Shown here: piece by piece, positions 24,633-38,199 of the stretch
How the letters are laid out: every line of letters begins with the position of its first letter
Position numbering within the stretch: the first letter of the stretch is position 1
Assembly: GCF_006345805.1 (NCBI RefSeq)
Contig: NC_042997.1
Coordinates: 180,296,001 to 180,360,000 of the forward strand
Reading direction: 5' to 3'
Length of the DNA: 64,000 nt
Source of the DNA: Octopus sinensis
Lineage: Eukaryota
Translations under genes and position numbers: made by a program
Notes under the pieces: model-generated
What the model was told of the DNA's origin: nothing
Databases searched by the model: none
The model's input: only the letters and a program-made list of their open reading frames with translations

Positions 24633-26693
24633 CATACATACATACAAATATATATATATATATACACATACCTATATATATATGTATATATATATACATT
24701 ATATATGTATATATATATATATGTATATATAGATATATATTCATACATATATATATATATATATATATAATATGTATGTATGTATGTATGTATGTATATA
24801 TATGTATGTTTATTATCATAATTCACAAATTGCATTCCTATTTCAGTATTTTATAATTTGTAAGTCATTATAGAAGCGTAAAAGTACATATAACGGTTCT
24901 GGTTTCTCAGAAACTTTTCATAATATAATTAATATATTTTCCTGATAGGGATTTTAAATTTCCAAATGATTCCTGTTTATCACCTCATTCTTCTTCTACA
25001 AAGCGCTCTTACATTATATCTGATCAAACTTCTCCTGATCTGCTGATTTGTTTATTGTTTTGTTTTTTAATTCTCGGTGTTTATTTTCACTTAGTTATAC
25101 CAGTTATCATGGAAAGAATTGTGTGTGTTTATGCGCTCTTTTGTGTGTGTCTGAGAGTATGTGCGTGTGTGACAGTCTGGTATGTGTGTGTGTCTGCATA
25201 TTATTAAGTTTGTGCTGATTGATTTTCGATGGTTTTAGTTTTATTGTATCCTTATCTGTGTTTTACATTAGTGCTTAGCTGTTGATATGTCGGCTTTGTT
25301 ACTCAAATCTTTCATTTACTGGGAGCATACTTTCCACACGGATGTGGCTTTTTGATATTAAATTGATGTTAAGTTTTGTTTCCTCAATGAATGTCTGCAT
25401 ACAATTTGTTTTCGTCGCGATAGGAATTTTCCCATCCAGTTCTTTTTATTTCTAGAATCAAATCTGTTTTGTTACATATAGCACACTCTATCTGCGCCAT
25501 GGCTAATATTTTTGGTTTTACTTTCATGCAATAGGGTCTTTCGTTTCTTGAAAATCGCCTGCACTGGTTAAATTCTTGTAGGTTCTTTCTCAGAATAATA
25601 GCGGCTATGTACCACGTAAATTTCTCAGGATCTATACTAAGTCTGCTATCAAGATGTTTATTTTTGCATCTATTGATACAGCAGAGCTCAAAGTGATTAA
25701 AAGATCATATATATCCTATAATGCAAGTGAATGATTTAGCTGCTGCTACATACAATTTCTAGCAATGGTTTTGTAATTTGAATTAATGGTGTTTTGTTAG
25801 GGGTTGTGAATTGATGGTCACTAATATGTTTGTAGAATGAATTTGCTACGTACAAAATAATTTCGATAGCAGTTTTTTTTTCAAGTATCATATTCTGGGT
25901 TTGTTTAAACCAAGATTATTATTTCGTTGACATATTGTCAATACAATATGATCTTGATGTTTGGTGCTATTTCAGTATCATGCCCCACTGTAACATGAAG
26001 ACGTTGACTATATCACCAGAAATTTCAGCACAATATCTACATCTACCTACTCATTTATAGTATTAAACTGTAACCGTATTCTGTCTTTTTTTATCCAGGT
26101 AAAAATACCTCGTGCCTTTATCCATTTCATACGGTCATGTTCCAATGGAATTTAGATGGGTTTTAGCTGTGCTTCCCAAGATATCTTTCAATGTTAGTAT
26201 TTTACTGTCAACATAATGGCGAAAGACCTGTGTTTTTCTAATCGGACATGATCTGGCTTTTTCAGATCGTGTGTAAGAATATATTATCACATGTAAGATT
26301 TATGACATCTCCGAGCTCATAGGTATCGGCAAGGGGAAATAACACATCACTCTCGCAGATTATCTTCATACATTACTACGAAATTTCCATCAATCTTAAT
26401 TGATGAATATGGTGATCATGCATCGATGCTGCTTATAATGATATGTCTCTGGCTATAAGTGTGCTTGCTTTCACTGATTCCGTTGAGAGATATGTAAATG
26501 AAGAAATAAAATACCAAACCTATATCCCATCATTATCTCACACGCTTGCCATGGCGATGTTAACATGAGACTATATTACAGAAGAATAGTCAGAGTGTGA
26601 TTCTAAATAACTTCAAAATCTAAACCCATTGAGAAATTTACAGAAAGAGTGAGAAAAGGTTATTGCGGGAAAGGATAAAATATAACATGATAT

Positions 26694-26745
<52 letters not shown>

Positions 26746-27539
26746 TAAATAAACTTTATCAAACATACATATACATATACAGACACACCCAGAAGTGTAA
26801 GTATTGATCAATGTCGAAGATCTCAACCACAAGTTTAACTTTTCAACTGAAGGACTTGTTCATTAAATAAACTCATATTTTTGTCGAATATCTCGGTGTC
26901 TAAAGCTAGGAGCTTCGATTGTGTTATATCTTAACATGGATACTGCAGAGCGTGTCAAAGTATAAGATATTCCAATTTGAGGGCTCACAAACACAGCAAA
27001 AATATTTCCTGTAAACAGCATTTTAATTCTCAGATTATCTCAGAAGTTAACTTATTCGTCATATGAAATATAAAAACATTCAATTTCCAGTAAGACACAG
27101 GCTTGTATCTTACTGAATGAGAGTTTGAAAAGAAATCATTGAAATGACTTTGAGTAGATGCGATATTTTCACATATTCATATTTATGATAGACCATGAAT
27201 TGTTTTAACTCCAGATCTCCTTGTCATCACAAACCATCCATACAACACCAAGTATGCTACGTATGCAACGCATCGCAGCGAGGACTTAACGAGGATTCGT
27301 AATGTCGCTGTAATTCATACATTATTGTAAATTCGATACTCATACAGCTGGTAATTCATGTTGAAATCTGCATATTACAGATCGACGTTACTAAGATACA
27401 ATAACACAAGACACGCACGTCAACAAGTACCAACTGTGGTGCAGGCAGCCATATTTCTGCATATGTATGTATGTGTGTGTATGTGTGTGAGTGTGCTTAT
27501 GTGTGTGTTCGTGTGTATGAGCGCGCACGGGGGTGCGTA

Positions 27540-27541
27540 TG

Positions 27542-27611
<70 letters not shown>

Positions 27612-27818
27612 CATATGTACGTATATATATGTATGGATATACACGCATAGATAAATGTGTATAACAATGCTTACATACGCACACACACACAAGCACACAC
27701 ACACACACACACACACAAACATACATTTAGGTGTACACTTAGAAGATATGCCGGTGCATTTAATATAGATTTTGCTCCTGCTGGAAGCTGTCAATATATC
27801 ACTCTGTCATAATACACC

Positions 27819-27902
<84 letters not shown>

Positions 27903-27904
27903 TG

Positions 27905-27974
<70 letters not shown>

Positions 27975-28090
27975 GATATATAAATACATATGTTTGTATG
28001 TGTATGTGTGTGTGTGTGTTTGTATTTACATATTTAACTATACATTTACGTACAGATATATGTGTGCATGTGTGTGTGTTTGTGTGTGTG
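27540..28090. repeat. Cluster of TA, CA, GA, GATA and TG microsatellites
   Basis: Direct reading. Confidence 0.95.
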
Positions 28091-28534
28091 TGTTGCTGTG
28101 TATATGTATGTTAGTGTGGTTACGAATATGTTATTGTGCCTTTGCGTGTGATTACTCCCGAATGTGTGTGCATACATTATGTACGAAAACAGCTGCATAG
28201 CTCATTAAGTGTGAGACAGACATAATAAATTCTGAAAACATAGAAAATTATTATGAAACAACAGTGAAAATAACATATTAGTAGACAACAATAAATATTG
28301 CAGCACGTGGCGTTAATCCATCATCTTCCGATATTACCAGATATAAATTTTAATGAATATATACACACACATGCGCGCGAGCATGTGTGATATTTTCCAT
28401 ACGCAGCTGTCTTGTTTATAGAAAGATATTATTAAACATACATGCCAGTGTACGAATATACAACCTAAAGTCTCTATTTTTTCTCTGTATCTTCATATGC
28501 GTATGTTTGTGTGCGTTTGTATGTTGGTGAGTGT

Positions 28535-28565
<31 letters not shown>

Positions 28566-28977
28566 AATGTATTTGTGTAAGCGCGCGTGTGCGTGCGAGT
28601 GGACGTAGAGTTTTGCTTTCAAACCGATACTTGACCCAAATTCTTTGGACAAAATATATTCTGTCAAATACATCGAAGTCCAAGTGGTGGTGTTAAACTG
28701 GATAGATGATTAAGATTAAAAAAAAAAAAACTGTCCTTTCTTCCGAATCCCTACGCAATTTTTCTGTCAAACAATTTTAACGCACAAGAGGCTGATGCAT
28801 GGTGAACTGGATTCGTTTGTCTTACACATGAATGTATAATTTTTATACAAAATGACATATTTAAAAGCAAAATTCATTCGATATTCAATTCTGATACAAT
28901 TTTATTAACAAAAAGCTAGATACAGCGTATAAGTATATGGATTAATACATTTGTTACAATAATATTAAAACATTGAA

Positions 28978-29208
28978 GGCGGCGAGCTGGCAGAAACGTT
29001 AGCACGCCGGGCGAAATACGTAGCAGTGTTTCGTCTGCCGTTACGTTCTGAGTTCAAATTTTGCCGAGGTTGACTTTGCCTTTCATCCTTTCGGGGTCGA
29101 GATATTAAGCACCAGTTACGCACTGGGGTCGATGTAATCGACTTAATCAGTGTGTCTGTCCTTGTTTGTCCCCTCTGTGTTTAGCCCCTCGTGGGTAGTA
29201 AAGAAATA
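28978..29208 (+). mobile_element. SINE family B, full length
   Basis: ~20-bp TSD aataatattaaaac(a/c)ttgaa on both sides. Confidence 0.93.
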
Positions 29209-29480
29209 AATAATATTAAAACCTTGAATTTTGAGAACGATAATTTACACTTTGAAGATGCATTTGACTATGGGTATCAGAAAATATGGCAACCCATTTA
29301 GCTATAAAAAGAAAACTATTATTGAAAACAACGCATAGTGATCTATAATGGGAATAAGTAAGAATAAGTAATGTACAGCAGCATTTTTTTAAAGAAGTTT
29401 GATAAGGCTCGGTTGCGATATTTAATGAAGAATCTGGTAATCACACCCTTATAGTAATCATCGTATTGTAATATATAAGA

Positions 29481-29990
29481 CTAGCAGTATCGCCCGGCGT
29501 TGCTCGGGTTTGTAAGGGAAATAACTATAGAAGCATTTTTAGAGAGTTACTTCCCTTATAGATGCCAATTCGGGCTTTCTTAGCCATTTTTGTTTTGGTG
29601 TCTTCAAGCCATGAAGTCGTTGTTCTAAAAGAACGCTGGTCTCCTTGACAACGCATTACGACGTTGATTTCCATACACTCCCTTCCCCACAGCTTCACGA
29701 GGGAGGGAAAGGGGAGAAGCAAACAGGTGCAGCTGTGAGCGTGGACGCCAACTCCGCCGCCATCGACACACGAAAAATTATGCATTAAAATGGAATAAAA
29801 AATGATGTTAATTTATTTTTAAAATCGTAGACTCATCGTAGACGCGCGCTAATAGCCAGACGGGCTCGATATGAATCACGACTATAAGATACCCGAATTT
29901 GGTTAAACTGCACCGCAAAATGTGCGAGGAGTTAGGAATCTAAATCGAAGGGGACAGACACTCACACAACTAGAGTTTTATATATATAGA
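29481..29990 (-). mobile_element. Non-autonomous Helitron, family A
   Basis: Reverse complement of 6315-6827 with few differences; A|TC..CTAG|T insertion signature. Confidence 0.92.
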
Positions 29991-31135
29991 TTTCAAATAG
30001 TTGATCGTGATTTGCAATACGATAAAATGCTAGGAAAAACGTATGTTAGAAAAACATGTTTGGGGTGATCACTCTTATAATCTAACGTGAATCTCACTGA
30101 TTATATCTTTGACGAATTGAATTATGATGCATAAATTTATTTTCTATATTTTAACTTGAAATCTTTTCGCAAGAATGGAGAACTTTGTAAATCTTCTAAA
30201 CATGTTTACAACGATTGTCTCTCGGCGATGTTCCGATGTAGCAAATACGGTCTTCAAAAAGGTCATACCATGACGTTTGTATATTTAGATTTTCGTTTAG
30301 AAGTAGAGAGTAGTCGTTTTTGTCTTAAGGTTTATTATTTTTTTTTTAAGTTATAAAATGGTTAAAGTAAAATATGCATTCCAGGAAATAGTAAAATATC
30401 GTCTTGCAAAGAAATCAATCAATAAACAAGACCAAATATAATTCCTAAAATCTAAGAAAATGGAGAAATGAAAATTGTATTGAAATCTAGCGTCTGAAAG
30501 GGAAATGCCAAGTCAGATAAATCTTTCATGTATTTTATTTCCGTTTCAAACTCAATGCAACTAATGATATCAATATGATATTGAAATGAACACTACCATT
30601 ATAATAAGGGTTTTTAAAATACATAGAGTCAAATTTCAAAGTTATTTAGAAAAAGAAACAAGTTAAAAATATCGGTAAGAAGGATTATGAAAGGCTCTTT
30701 ACAAATCATTTCGTTTCTTCGGTAAAAGATATTCGCTAGAAAAACTCAAATTTTGTTAATAATGGACAGAAGTATAAAGACACTTAGTGGATTATTTCAT
30801 ACTATTCATGGTTGGTTTATCGAGAACGATCAATAACTGGTCATCAGATTCTTCGGCATTTCCGAATTAAATTTAATTTTGATATTGCTTCATTGTTGGA
30901 GTCAATTCTTTGAAAGAATGTATTCTTTCCCTCCACTTCATATTTTTTGTTCATCGTTTCCTTTTTCTCTTTCTGTCTCATCTCGTTCTCTTTCAGCTTC
31001 TCTTTCTCTCTCTCTCTTTCCGTATACATACTCCCTCACAAAGACACACACACACACATATATATTTATATACATTTCTGCATGTGTGAATATATGTGTG
31101 TTCATGTGATTTCTCTGTGAGTATCTTATGCTTAC

Positions 31136-31239
31136 TGAACCATTAAAATGCCTTTCACTAATCGTTTCTTGTATTCACTAGCGTCTTGTTGATTTTTGTA
31201 AAGCGAGACAGCTTTATTTTCGACATCTTCAGCAGCCAG
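31136..31239 (-). CDS. Candidate exon (LAAEDVENKAVSLYKNQQDASEYKKRLVKGILMV)
   Basis: ttttttctgaag| acceptor, ca|gtaagc donor, open helical-looking frame. Confidence 0.3.
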
Positions 31240-31559
31240 CTTCAGAAAAAAAGGGGGATTAAATTGTATTATGAGAATTAGCTGCTGGTGAATAAACGGA
31301 GACGCTCGATATTTTCAATAAAATGACATTAAGTATGAAGCTTCACTAAGGAAGCTTAGTGTATGATCCCGTCTATATATTTCTAAGAGCATATTGCTTC
31401 TGTATTTCTGTGAAATATATGCTGCGATTGGATGTTATGGTGAGAGAAAAAGCGATGGCTTAATCATAACAAATTCTCTCAATATTCTCAACTGCCATTT
31501 TTAATTAACCCACCAACCCATATAAGCGCCTGTAGTGGTATACGTGATCATCCGGTTTC

Positions 31560-32010
31560 CAGTTATGCTAATATGGAGTGAATAAGAAATACATGCAAAT
31601 ATTGATGCAGACGTGGTTTTGTGTTTATGAAGTTCGCCTCGAAGCTACTTGGTTTCGAGTTAAGTCCCATTGCGCGGCATATTTTTCAATTGCACGCCAT
31701 ATTTGGCAATTGCGCGACATCTTTGGTATGTTATATTCTCAGCACCCATCAATATATGAGTTTTCAGCTTGAAAATGGCTGAGTACACCACAGACTCGTG
31801 CACCCTTATCGTAGTTCTTACGGAAATTCAGCGTGACACAGAATGTGACATGGCTGGGTCTTTTATATACAGGTACTACTCAATTTTGCCAGCTGAGGTG
31901 ACTAGAACAACGAAAAATAAAATCTCTTACTGAAATACATGACGTGCCGCCAACGATCGAGCTAACAACATAAGTTAAGAGCCGTATACCCTAGCCATTA
32001 AGTCACACTG
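31560..32010. mobile_element. Old, degraded SINE fragments in opposite orientations
   Basis: ttaagtcccattgcgcggca head-like segment on +; segments near 31880-32010 resemble the reverse complement of the 46474 SINE type. Confidence 0.5.
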
Positions 32011-32317
32011 CTTAAAACAACATAAAATGTTTGCAGTCAACGGTATTGGAAAGCATAAAAATTAAAGTTGTAGTCGAGAAAACTTAGCTGATATCAAGGA
32101 CTACAATCCATCCGAATATTAGAATACGAGTTACCTGTATAGTGATGATTCACGTCGACTGTTACTTAATGCTCTGTATGCATGGTAAAAGCTATAAGAC
32201 GTAACGTGGACAACCACAACGGAGTCTAAGAGACAAAGGCCAGCAGAAAGAACACTGCAGGCTTCCTGATAGAATTCGTCCACGACAGTGGTGAGCTAAG
32301 ATTCGAGGAAGGGACAA

Positions 32318-33019
32318 GGCGGCGAGCTGGCAGAAACGTTCGCACGCCGGGCGAAATGCTTAGTAGCATTTCGTCTGCCGTTACATTCTGAGTTCAATTT
32401 CCGCCGAGGTCGACTTTGCCTTTCATCCTTTCGGGGTAGATAAATTAAGTACCAGTTACGCACTGGGGTCGATGTAATCTACTTAATTCCTTTGTCTGTC
32501 CTTTTTTGTCCCCCTCTATGTGTAGCCCCTTGTGGGCAATAAAGAAATAGGTATTTCGCCTGTCTTTACGTTTTGAGTTCAAATTCCGTCGAGGTCGATT
32601 TTAAGGCGGCGAGCTGGTATAAACGTTAACACGCCGGGCGAAATGCTTATCGGTATTTCGTCTACCGCTACGTTCTGAGTCCAAATTCCGCCGAGGTCAA
32701 CTTCGCCTTTCATCCTTTTGACGTCGATTAAATAAGTACCAGTTACGCACTGGGGTCGATGTAATCGACTTAATCCGTTTGTCTCTCCTTGGTTGTCCAC
32801 TCTGTGTGTAGCCCCTTGTGGGCAGTAAAGAAATAGGGATTTCGTCTGCCGTTACGTTTTGAGCTCAAATTCCGCCGAGGTCAACTTTGCCTTTCATCCT
32901 TTTGGGGTAGATAAATTAAGTACCAGTTACGCATTGGAGTCGATGTAATCGACTTATTCTCTTTGTCTGCTCTTGTTTGTCCTCTCTATGTTTAGCCCCT
33001 TTGTGGGCAATAAAGAAAT
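32318..33019 (+). mobile_element. Head-to-tail array of four SINE B units (full, partial, full, 5'-truncated)
   Basis: Units start near 32318, 32550, 32606 and 32836; one 17-bp TSD aagattcgag(g/c)aaggga at 32298-32314 and 33020-33036. Confidence 0.92.
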
Positions 33020-33039
33020 AAGATTCGAGCAAGGGATTC

Positions 33040-33510
33040 CGATCATCGGCAAGAAAGATGTGTGTTCAATTCTCCATCATGAAGTTGGCCTTGAATGAGG
33101 ATCTTTTCTAGAACTCCTGAACAACGTCCTGAACATGTTGAGGCATTCTGTTGAGGAGTATCTTGTTCTTCTCAAGTGAAAAGAGCAACTGCGAGTACCA
33201 GTTGCACAATGCCCAAAACAACAGGTAGCTTCCCCACATTCCATGTGATACCTCACTTTTCAAGAACACCAGTTTCCCCAAACTGGAATAATGTCTCTGC
33301 ACGCCTGTCTTAGGCTCAATTCACACGGTCATGTGAAGCTGCTGGAGAGTGTGGCCAACCTCTAGCCTCCGAGGTTTGCTACTATCCGCTCTTTCTGCAC
33401 CATAAAGGCCAAGCTGGTGGCCAAGATTAAGGAAGTATTCGAAGATCTTTCCAGGGGTACAGTGAGGAAAGCAAGTATCAGGTTCGGAAGTAATCTAAAA
33501 TTTCAGTATT
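33040..33510 (+). mobile_element. Tc1/mariner (maT/DD37D-like) transposase remnant
   Basis: LRLNSHGHVKLLESV and KAKLVAKIKEVFEDLSRGTVRKASIRF resemble the transposase C-terminus; stops and deletions present. Confidence 0.65.
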
Positions 33511-34295
33511 TAGACATTGGCTTACAACTTAATGTACATTATAAAACAACTAAAATCTTTTATGCATATAAGTCATAAATAATCATCACGGCAAATACGT
33601 ATTTCAGATAATTGATTAATCAATATAAATTTATTTATTTATTAATTGCAATATAATTTGAATTAATTATTTCTAGCTGTATGAATATTTCCTAGATGTA
33701 AACATTTATTTAGAAATTTGAATGTAATTAACATCTAGTGTAATTTTTGCCTTTCATCAATAATTTGCTAATGTAGAATGATGATATATCACAAAAAGAC
33801 TAATGGAATATTGCCTTAACCATTTACAATATTATCATTTTGTTCTCATTATAAACGCCAGTGGGTATATGTTCACATTATTTAGATCGTTTTCCATTGC
33901 ATATGTGTCAAGCAGTGATTAGTTACTTTTCCAAAGATATTACTCAGCTCAGGAACTGATTCTGACTTTCAAACTAACCGGCCAAGCATGAACATGTATG
34001 ATTTTTCACAAGTATCGACAAATCAATCACAAAACATTATTTAACTATTTCCAACGTTTAATGGAAATCGAATAACATACACACAAATATACTCAGGTGT
34101 ATATACATATATCTTACATTTGTAACAAACATGTTTTTCTATTGCAATGTTTAATGCAATGTCCCTGATAGACTTCTGTTTTTACTGAAATTAAATTACT
34201 CGATCAGTTATATGAGTAATTATATATTATGCAAATTTTTTTTGAGATCTCAGTAACGTAAACTAAACTTGTACTAATCTCCGTGATTCATACAG

Positions 34296-34382
34296 AAATG
34301 CTGAGCGAATGAAAACATTGCTCAAAGAATGGAAATTCAATCATTGCAAAGAAAGTCATTTGTTGAACAGACTAAAAAGAAA
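34296..34382 (+). CDS. Candidate 87-nt exon (NAERMKTLLKEWKFNHCKESHLLNRLKR)
   Basis: TACTAAT branch-like motif ~20 nt upstream of atacag|, aa|gtacgt donor; only one frame is open. Confidence 0.35.
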
Positions 34383-34515
34383 GTACGTCGTTTCCGACTG
34401 ACAATGTTACACACAATGTTATCCACACCAATGCTTATATTTAATATGTGTACGTCAGAGTGTGCGCCTGAGTGTGTCTGCATTTGCGTGTACATATATA
34501 AAATTGCATTCACAG

Positions 34516-34555
<40 letters not shown>

Positions 34556-34677
34556 TGTGTGTATACACATACACACGCACTCACATATATATGTACATAT
34601 ATGTATACGTGTGTATGTGTGTTTATGTATTACGAATCCCATGCACAATGCTTACAAAAGTAATCCTTTCTTTGCAG

Positions 34678-34705
34678 TTTATTTGGAGAAGGAATTCGGT
34701 TAAAA
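34678..34705 (+). CDS. Candidate 28-nt micro-exon (LFGEGIRLK in phase with 34296-34382)
   Basis: cctttctttgcag| acceptor, aaa|gtatga donor. Confidence 0.25.
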
Positions 34706-34957
34706 GTATGATTTTCTCTTGTTATGCTGAGCAATTAATGCATTATGTATCATATAGCTCCAGTGTTAGTATTGTAGTATCTACAGTCATATTTTTTATG
34801 TTTAATCTTTTATATATTTGCATCACTTTTGTTTTGTTTACTCATTCTCTAACATTCATTTTATCTAATGCCTGTGTTTGTTTAAGAAATCTGGAAATAA
34901 ATACCATGGATGCATCTCAGCTCTTATTCTCCAAATATTCATGTGGTTTATTTGCAG

Positions 34958-35076
34958 ATGTGCTGGAAGCAATGAGAGAGACAAAAAGAATGCAACAGAG
35001 AAATGCGTCTCCAAAATATGGAGGACGTCTGCCACTTTTATCAATAGCCGATAACCATTCAGCCAACACTTCATAG
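34958..35076 (+). CDS. Candidate terminal exon (DVLEAMRETKRMQQRNASPKYGGRLPLLSIADNHSANTS* or an alternative frame)
   Basis: tttatttgcag| acceptor; GC-richer than flanks. Confidence 0.2.
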
Positions 35077-35825
35077 TTTGAAATGATGGTTGAATGGAAA
35101 TGGTACCTATACATATCATATATACCATACTGCTCAAATTTCAGTAACAATTTCTCATTCGTTGCCAGAAGAGTTTTAGCTTATATTTAAAATATTTTCT
35201 TCTTACTTGTCTAAGACCATAATGACTCCGTTTCTATCGATTATTTTCAGAAATGTCACCCTACAAAATACCACCAGATTTGCTACAAGTTACACCGCAA
35301 TCACTAAAACGTATCCACACTGCTCTCAATAAATATTATCCGTGCATACACTCTCTAAGCACTTACTAAGTCACCAAATACGAAACATTTTTCGATTACT
35401 CTAACTTAGCAATGTGACCAGGCTAGACGGTGTTTCATCTATCGTCCTCAAATATTTCAGAGATTGCTTGTATCCTCGTGAGAAATTTAGATTTTTCTCG
35501 TTATGTTTATGCGTTCCACTTTTTGAAATTGTCACAATGTCTGAAAAGATGTTGCACTGTCTTTTGTCTTCAGCGGGTCACGTCTATAACTGCTAATTTA
35601 ATATACAACATCTTCCCACAGCTCACCATTTCCGTCACTTCCAGGTTCCACCTAAGTATATCAGTACTAATTCCATAACCGAAAACTCTATTGAAGTTTA
35701 TAAAATAAAATCTGAAAACACAGTCTCACTCAAGAGAACAACGCCATAGTTAAGGAAGTATTTGATTTCTAGACCATCATTCTCGTTGAAAACATTATAC
35801 TAGACAGGAACAGACGTAGCTGTCT

Positions 35826-36270
35826 GGAGACGCAGGTGTGACTGTGTGGTAAAGAAGCTTGCTTTCCAGCCACATGGTTCCAGATTAAGTCCCCTGCGTG
35901 ACATCTAGGGCAATTATTTCTACTATGGCCTCCGGCCGACCAAGTGTTTCTGGGTGGATTTGTTAAACAGAATTTGCGGTCAATATTTTGTCGTTTCAAT
36001 TACGCAAAAAGGAAAATCTCGTTTTAACAGATATATTTACCAAATTTACATAAAAAAAAAAATATATATATATATATATACATGTGTGTGTGGAAGTATC
36101 TTTGTGTTTGTGTTTGGCCACTATCATCGATAAACAAACGGGTGTGGTATGCTTACGGGTAAATGCCGGGCTTCAAAATATAAATACTGGAGTCGGTTCA
36201 TTCGATTTAAAATATTTCCAGCGGTGCCCCTGTGTAGTCGCAGGGAAATGACAGAAACAAGTAAAAAGTA
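35826..36270 (+). mobile_element. Old, degraded SINE family A
   Basis: Head at 35826-35975 and tail-like segment ending cagaaacaagtaaaaag near 36270. Confidence 0.7.
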
Positions 36271-37584
36271 AAAACATGTAAATATTTACAGTAATGTTTT
36301 GTAAAAATTCATCATTTACTAGGTGTCTGTTTTGCGAGAAATGTAAGGTTTTATGTTTTCGATGCCATATGACTGAAAACTAGCGAAGATGTACGCACGC
36401 TTACTGGGATGTAAATTATTCGTCATTTCATCATCTTGCAACTTACAAGATTAAAACGTCATGTGTAATCTATCACAGCTCAGTAGTAATGTAGTATTGT
36501 TAAAGTTTTCCAGGTTCAACGTTTATTTTTAAGGAAACTTTTTTAAGTTCTAAATGTTGGAGGAAGTCTTATCGTCGAGATAAAAATCCATAATATGAGA
36601 AATTAAAAATAATATTTCACTTTTTTATGCCTATATAGACTTAAATATGTGAAATACCTTCAGAAGTACATCATTCGTTTTTGAGAAGAAGCTAGCTTTA
36701 ATGAAAAAAAAAGGAAAAACATACCTTTGACATCATGTAGTAATGGTATTGCCATAAAAAAGGCAAAATATGCACTGTCGTCAAATAAGTAAACTGCTGC
36801 ATGCAGAAAAATTAGAATGTAATATGGTTGTTATATTGTCTTCTTCACATCAGCTAGAATTTAGTAATTTGCACATTATTCCGAGCTTACAGCTGCCGAG
36901 TGTGAGAATTATTAAAAAGTAAATTACATAAATCTCTAAAATAATTCACATTATTACAGGTAATTATTTCCTAAGCTTAATATTTTCATGTTTTTATTTT
37001 AAATCAATTGTTTAAGTAATGTTCCTAAGGTCGTTATATTCAGATGATTTGTTCTTTAATTAACCAGAGTTCATCTCTTTTTAAACAAAAATTAATTTTT
37101 CACGTGCTGCAGATTACATCTGGAAAATAAACTTTTCCAATATAGGGAAGGTACACATATACACACAGCTATGTGTAAATATGTGTGTGAGCGTGTGCGT
37201 GTGTGCGTGTGCGTGTGTGTGAAATTTTTTAAGGTTATCTCAAGCGATTTTCTCTACAAATTAGAACCAGTACTGATTCGTTTCGATGTTGCGCATACGA
37301 ATACGTCTATTGTAAAGAATGCGATTGACGACAGAAAAGAATGTAATGGCTTATATCCATATTTCAGTTCTTGCTACAGAAAATATGTAGAGATAAAATT
37401 AAGAAATAAATTAATAGCACTCCTAACACAAGCATGGTACAATATTGACTCATAAGAGTTTAATTAACTCAGCAGTATATAATGGTTGCATAACGAAATA
37501 TCCTTACTAGCAATTAATATATGTACGTACGTACGTAAGTATGTATATATGTATGCATGCATTATGTATGTCATTATTCGGTTT

Positions 37585-37689
37585 TATTTTAAGATTTCTT
37601 GCCAATGAAGAAAGAGCCGTTTCTAACCTAGATCTCAGACTCTTTCATTGTATATTTCAACAATATCAACAGTGTATTATTGTATGTAT
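37585..37689 (-). mobile_element. Distal 3' UTR of the RLE-LINE whose ORF end lies at 38392-38700
   Basis: Minus strand ttggcaagaaatcttaaaataaaac matches ttggcaagaaatcttgaaataaaac at 58012-58037. Confidence 0.75.
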
Positions 37690-38148
37690 GTTGTTGTTGG
37701 CATCCTTTTCAGTTCCGCATAAACTAATCCAGTCTGTTTTGTTTTTGCATTTCATGTCCTCTCCAGTTTTGCGCAGGCCTGGGCTACATGTAAGAAAATC
37801 GTGGGTAGCCCAATCGTCAGGATTCCTCTCCAGACATTGCTGACGTAGTCCAAAGGAGTGCAGAGCATTACGTTTGGCACCAGCTTGGTTGCAGAAGCTG
37901 CCGGAAGAGTGTCGAGTCGAACACTAAACCGCCTACAGGGCTCCACTCCGGATTTCTTTGAAGGTTGCCTCCTTTCTGTAATCCTGGATAGGGACCCATA
38001 CCGAATACTGTCAGCCGGAGCCAGCTGATCCGGAGACTCATGTCAGGCAGGGTCGTCACTCCCTGAAGTAGTGAAGAAAATTGCTACCCACTACCTAAAG
38101 AAATATGGAACGCTTCACGAATTTGTGTATCATCCTAGCGCAGGAGTC

Positions 38149-38181
<33 letters not shown>

Positions 38182-38199
38182 AATATGTACCGCCGTAGC
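37690..38199 (-). mobile_element. U6-headed, RTE-related short retroelement with (CAA)n tail and TSD
   Basis: U6 head 38199-38101; GC-rich body containing ctcttccggcagcttctgcaaccaagctggtgccaaacgta (RTE-type 5' UTR, from recall); tail caacaacaac; TSD tattat(t)gtatgtat at 37675-37689 and 38200-38213. Confidence 0.8.
38101..38199 (-). pseudogene. U6: U6 snRNA copy, nearly full length
   Basis: Minus strand ..ctaaaattggaacgatacagagaagattagcatgactcctgcgctaggatgatacacaaattcgtgaagcgttccatattt; ACAGAGA box intact, ~8 substitutions, first ~6 nt missing; upstream is microsatellite, with no PSE/TATA seen. Confidence 0.95.

Noticed and set aside
18245-33019. Tandem repeats as a CRISPR-like array
   Set aside because: No short constant repeat with unique spacers; units are SINE or LINE-UTR sized; eukaryotic context.
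38101-38199. Functional U6 gene
   Set aside because: Missing 5' nucleotides, several substitutions, no upstream PSE/TATA, and embedded in a TSD-flanked insertion.
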